Source: Methanobacteriota archaeon (lineage in GTDB: Archaea > Halobacteriota > Bog-38 > Methanoflorentales > Methanoflorentaceae). From it: 64,000 nucleotides of DNA. Below, piece by piece: positions 60,562-64,000 of the stretch. Under the pieces are notes generated by a model. It made no database searches, was not told the origin of the DNA, and saw only the letters and a list, made by a program, of their open reading frames with translations. Both the position numbers and the translations under genes were made by a program. How positions within the stretch are numbered: the stretch's first letter is position 1; every line of letters starts with the position of its first letter. The stretch spans positions 288,001 through 352,000 of the forward strand of contig CAVRAO010000002.1 in NCBI GenBank assembly GCA_963719035.1, given 5' to 3'.

Positions 60562-61254
60562 GTGCGTATGAGATTACCATTCAATGTTGAAATTAGAGGG
60601 CAAGATGTCGCCACAATAGTCAACCTTCTATTTGGCACTCTAGCCATCCTTTTTCTCGTCGAAGCTTATAAGCAAAATACAAGTATTGCTGCAGCTTTTA
60701 TCCTTATTTGCGTCCTAGCCGACGGAGCTGATGGAATTTTAGCTCGAACAAGAGGCCAAGAAAGCCTAGGGTTCCAGCTCGATTCACTTGCAGATTTTAT
60801 TTCTTTTGGCTTATTACCCTCAATTCTTGTTTATTATGTGGTAAGAGAAGCAACAGGAAATCGTAGCATCTTCTTCTTGATTTTCATTATCTCATTCATT
60901 TATACTGTCAGCGGGATGCTGCGACTTGCACGATACAACATTGCCCCCCAAGAGACGATCTTCCATGGGCTACCGATAACTGCGGGAGGGCTGATAATCG
61001 CGCTCTACGTTCTCGCGGGACTGCCCCCCGCCGGTTTGTTGGTTGTGACGCTTATTCTCGCAGGGCTGATGATTAGCGAAATCAAGTATCCCAAAATCAG
61101 AAATACGCTTACTCAAGCCGTCGTAGGAGGATTTCTGATCCTCATTCTCATCCTTTACGCTATTGGAACAAGCTATTCGATCGCTGCTCTCCTTCTTCTG
61201 CTGCTTTCGATTGTTTATATACTAAATCCGCTGTATCGGGGGTATCTTAGATAA
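60562..61254 (+). CDS. pssA: Archaetidylserine synthase (CDP-alcohol phosphatidyltransferase)
   Basis: DG.DG.LAR, G..LDSLAD.ISFG, LRLARYN, F.GLPIT, LMIS..KYPK. Confidence 0.93.
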   Translation: MRMRLPFNVEIRGQDVATIVNLLFGTLAILFLVEAYKQNTSIAAAFILICVLADGADGILARTRGQESLGFQLDSLADFISFGLLPSILVYYVVREATGNRSIFFLIFIISFIYTVSGMLRLARYNIAPQETIFHGLPITAGGLIIALYVLAGLPPAGLLVVTLILAGLMISEIKYPKIRNTLTQAVVGGFLILILILYAIGTSYSIAALLLLLLSIVYILNPLYRGYLR

Positions 61255-61583
61255 ACGACAGAGAACAAGCGCTTTTTGAAGCAGGTATAAAACTCGGAGC
61301 GTTGTATCACCAATATGTTGGCGCGCCACTTGATCTAAACACAATTCCCGCACTAGAAAAAGCAATCCAAGAAAGCATAAGCGTGCAACCTTACGTCGAG
61401 AATATTATAATTAGAATCGACAAAGATAGGGTTTCGTCGAAGCTAAACAAATTTGGCTATACTGAGCTTGAAGGTAAAATGCTCGACGTCGAACTTGTCG
61501 TGAATTATGGATCGGCAAAAGTGCTCGTCAAGATGCAATACGATGAGGATGCAGACTACCCTCTGATGTTTATCGAGAGATAA
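61251..61583 (+). CDS. mptD: Archaeal dihydroneopterin aldolase (MptD family); apparent ATA start
   Basis: (M)NDREQALFEAGIKLGALYHQYVG.P, LEKAI..SI..QP, GYTEL.G.M, YPLM. Confidence 0.88.
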   Translation: MNDREQALFEAGIKLGALYHQYVGAPLDLNTIPALEKAIQESISVQPYVENIIIRIDKDRVSSKLNKFGYTELEGKMLDVELVVNYGSAKVLVKMQYDEDADYPLMFIER

Positions 61584-61717
61584 GCGAGGGGCCCGACGTT
61601 AGGCTTAGAACAGCCCTGTTTTTTGTTAATCATTGAAAAAGCTCCATTTTGCGCCTTAATTAGTCTGCAAGCGCTTCGCTTAGTTTTAAGAAGGATGATT
61701 TGTATAGTTCAATTCAT

Positions 61718-63781
61718 ATGAGCAGTGACTTCAAGGAGCGATGGGCCACCTTTTTCACTCGCTACTACGAAAAGCAGATACTGAATCTTGCGAGCGACTA
61801 TCCGGAAGTAAACAGCATTGATGTAGACTATGCTGCCCTTCAAAACTTTGACATCGCTCTAGCAGATGCGCTCCTTGACGGCCCATTACCAATCTTACGA
61901 GCAGCACATGACGCACTCCTTGAATATGACTTACCCATCGAATGCAAGCTTGACGTAGAAGTACGAATCATCAACGTTCCTGATAAAACAAATATTAGGG
62001 ACCTAAGAAGCAACCACGTAGGAAAGCTAATATCGATCGAGGGGCTCGTCCGAAAAGCCACTGAAGTCCGTCCAAAACTTGCTGAAGCAGGTTTCGAATG
62101 TCTAAGCTGTGGGAACATAACAACCGTCGAACAAGACGAAGCCAAACTTAAAGAGCCAACCGAATGCTCACACCGCGTCTGCCGGAAGAAAGGACCATTT
62201 AAGTTGAATTTCACTCATTCCAAATTCATTGATTCACAAAAAATTCGGCTGCAAGAGGCCCCAGAAGGCCTAAAAGGCGGAGAACAACCACAGATGCTCG
62301 ATGCAAATGTTGAGGCCACGCTCGCTGGAAAGGTCTTTCCTGGAGACAGAGTTGCTATGACTGGCTTGCTGCGGGTTGCACAGCGGCAGTATCAGAACGT
62401 AAAAAGCACGACGTTTGATTTATTTCTAGAGGCAAACTCAATCGAAATTCAAGACAAAGAGTTTCAGGACATTGAGATATTGCCGGAAGATGAGGTTAAA
62501 ATAATCGAACTCGCTGGGAGGGCAGGAATTGACCAAGCTATCGTTTCTTCGATAGCCCCATCAATTTTCGGTTATGAAAGCGTCAAAGAGGCAATAGCGC
62601 TCCAACTTTTTTCAGGCGTGCCGAAAACTCTTCCTGATGGCTCACACATACGGGGGGACATTCACATTCTGCTCGTTGGCGATCCTGGCATAGCAAAATC
62701 GCAACTGTTGCGATACGTAGTTCAGTTAGCGCCGAGAGGCATATACACGAGTGGCAAGAGCTCAACTTCCGCTGGATTGACCGCGACTGCGATTAAGGAT
62801 GAATTTGGCGACGGCCGGTGGACTTTAGAGGCCGGCGCCCTTGTGCTGGCGGATCAAGGGATAGCTGCCGTTGACGAGATGGACAAGATGCGAGCTGAAG
62901 ATAGATCATCTCTGCACGAAGCGATGGAGCAGCAAACCGTCAGCGTGGCGAAAGCGGGAATTATGGCTAACCTAAAGAGTCGCTGTGCCCTGTTGGGAGC
63001 TGCGAATCCTCGATATGGGAGGTTCGACCCTTACGAGTCCATAGCTGAGCAAATTAACATGCAGCCTACGCTGCTTTCTCGCTTTGACCTGATTTTCGTG
63101 CTCACCGACGTGCCGAACGAGAGCATCGACACGGGTATCGCAAAGCACATAATCCAGGCGCATTTTGCGGGAGAACTTGCCTCTTCTGGCTTCCCAAACG
63201 AGGAGGTAGAAGCCGCAATGAGCGTCATACGTCCTGTGATTGAATCTGAGCTGCTGCGTAAATTCATTGGCTACGCAAAAAGGATCAACCCAATTCTAAC
63301 CGAAGACGCCAAGCAGCAGTTCATCGACTACTACGTAGGTTTGAGGAAACAAGGCGGTGAGGGGTCACCTATCCCTATCACTGCGCGCCAGCTTGAAGCC
63401 CTCGTGCGGCTAGCCGAAGCGAGCGCTCGCACGCGATTAAGCAAATGGGTGACGCTCGATGATGCGAAACGCGTCATTCAAATCGTCGAAACTTGTCTCA
63501 AAGAGGTAGGTGTTGACCCTGAAACAGGGAAGCGGGATTTCGACGTAATTGCAGTCGGAAAAAGCAAAAGTCAACAAGAACGAATCAAAAGCATTAGGGA
63601 TATTATCAGAGAGCTCGAGCGAGAAGCGGGATCTGCGCCTCTTGATAAAATCGTAGAGAGAGCTTCAAAATTGGGCTTCGACAAGGACAAAGTTGAGGCA
63701 GAGATTACAAAATTAGTGCAAGAAGCAGCAATATTTGAGCCCGTCAGATACAGCGGCAACTACAGGCTGACACAACAATAA
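61718..63781 (+). CDS. mcm: Replicative MCM helicase (no intein)
   Basis: Zn finger C..C...C....C, QE.PE...GEQP, GDPGIAKSQ, IDE-like VDEMDKM, LHEAMEQQ, SRFDL, ARQLE, C-terminal wHTH. Confidence 0.98.
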   Translation: MSSDFKERWATFFTRYYEKQILNLASDYPEVNSIDVDYAALQNFDIALADALLDGPLPILRAAHDALLEYDLPIECKLDVEVRIINVPDKTNIRDLRSNHVGKLISIEGLVRKATEVRPKLAEAGFECLSCGNITTVEQDEAKLKEPTECSHRVCRKKGPFKLNFTHSKFIDSQKIRLQEAPEGLKGGEQPQMLDANVEATLAGKVFPGDRVAMTGLLRVAQRQYQNVKSTTFDLFLEANSIEIQDKEFQDIEILPEDEVKIIELAGRAGIDQAIVSSIAPSIFGYESVKEAIALQLFSGVPKTLPDGSHIRGDIHILLVGDPGIAKSQLLRYVVQLAPRGIYTSGKSSTSAGLTATAIKDEFGDGRWTLEAGALVLADQGIAAVDEMDKMRAEDRSSLHEAMEQQTVSVAKAGIMANLKSRCALLGAANPRYGRFDPYESIAEQINMQPTLLSRFDLIFVLTDVPNESIDTGIAKHIIQAHFAGELASSGFPNEEVEAAMSVIRPVIESELLRKFIGYAKRINPILTEDAKQQFIDYYVGLRKQGGEGSPIPITARQLEALVRLAEASARTRLSKWVTLDDAKRVIQIVETCLKEVGVDPETGKRDFDVIAVGKSKSQQERIKSIRDIIRELEREAGSAPLDKIVERASKLGFDKDKVEAEITKLVQEAAIFEPVRYSGNYRLTQQ

Positions 63782-63782
63782 G

Positions 63783-64000
63783 ATGCCGGAAAAACAGATA
63801 ACCACCCTTTCGAGCATATATTTGAAGTCGTACAGTGTTAACAAGGAAATTCTAGTTGCTGCGTGCGATTCAGAACTTATCGGGCGCACATTTTGCGAAG
63901 GGGAGCTTCACTTGCATGTCAATGAAGACTTCTTCAAGGGTCAGCCGGCTGATGAAAACGAGGTGAAAAAGGCACTCGAAGAGGCCACAATCGCAAATCT
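63783..64000 (+). CDS. DUF424 family protein (partial, runs off the window)
   Basis: LVAACD.EL.G..F.EG.L...V...FF.G...AT.AN. Confidence 0.85.
   Translation, partial: MPEKQITTLSSIYLKSYSVNKEILVAACDSELIGRTFCEGELHLHVNEDFFKGQPADENEVKKALEEATIAN

Noticed and set aside
61718-63781. Intein in MCM
   Set aside because: Length is normal and the Walker A/B regions are contiguous
1-64000. CRISPR array, rRNA, tRNA, intact IS or integrase
   Set aside because: No spaced repeat array, cloverleaf or rRNA signature, or DDE/tyrosine recombinase ORF recognised by eye; tRNAscan/Infernal could not be run

Overview
Chromosomal window from a methanogenic archaeon of the Halobacteriota. McrA and the gene neighbourhoods are most compatible with a Methanocellales/'Ca. 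Methanoflorens' (Bog-38)-like lineage; this is inference and needs a tree. 1-11.4 kb is an accessory, partly decayed region: radical SAM, MBL hydrolase, PGF-CTERM beta-helix surface protein, DUF6788, KTSC, an eroding Mrp/NifX/MinD-FeS ('orange protein'-like) cluster, a DUF4405 membrane protein fused to a CxxCH heme-c motif, a capD-like pseudogene, and short gene remnants bracketing this cargo in mirror fashion. 11.5-22.7 kb holds the mcrBDCGA operon (minus strand), transcribed divergently from mfnB-DUF169-cfbA-cfbE-cfbD-cfbB (no cfbC). The rest is mostly core genes: moaC, aroK, chorismate mutase, guaAA, ndk, L24e/S28e/L7Ae, rqcH, ABCE1, a cis-prenyltransferase pair, SepRS, rbkR-ribB, class I LysRS, mmp8, pgk, gap, nreA, PPS, mtnP, trmJ, TFS, artA-psd-pssA-mptD and MCM. 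Among these sits a bacterial-type System II cytochrome c synthase pair (resB/resC = ccsB/ccsA), the most unusual element in the window; the DUF4405-CxxCH protein is a candidate substrate. Single-base indels interrupt several essential genes (mcrB, mcrG, cfbB, TFS, PPS) and are most likely assembly errors. No rRNA, tRNA, CRISPR array or intact transposase was seen.
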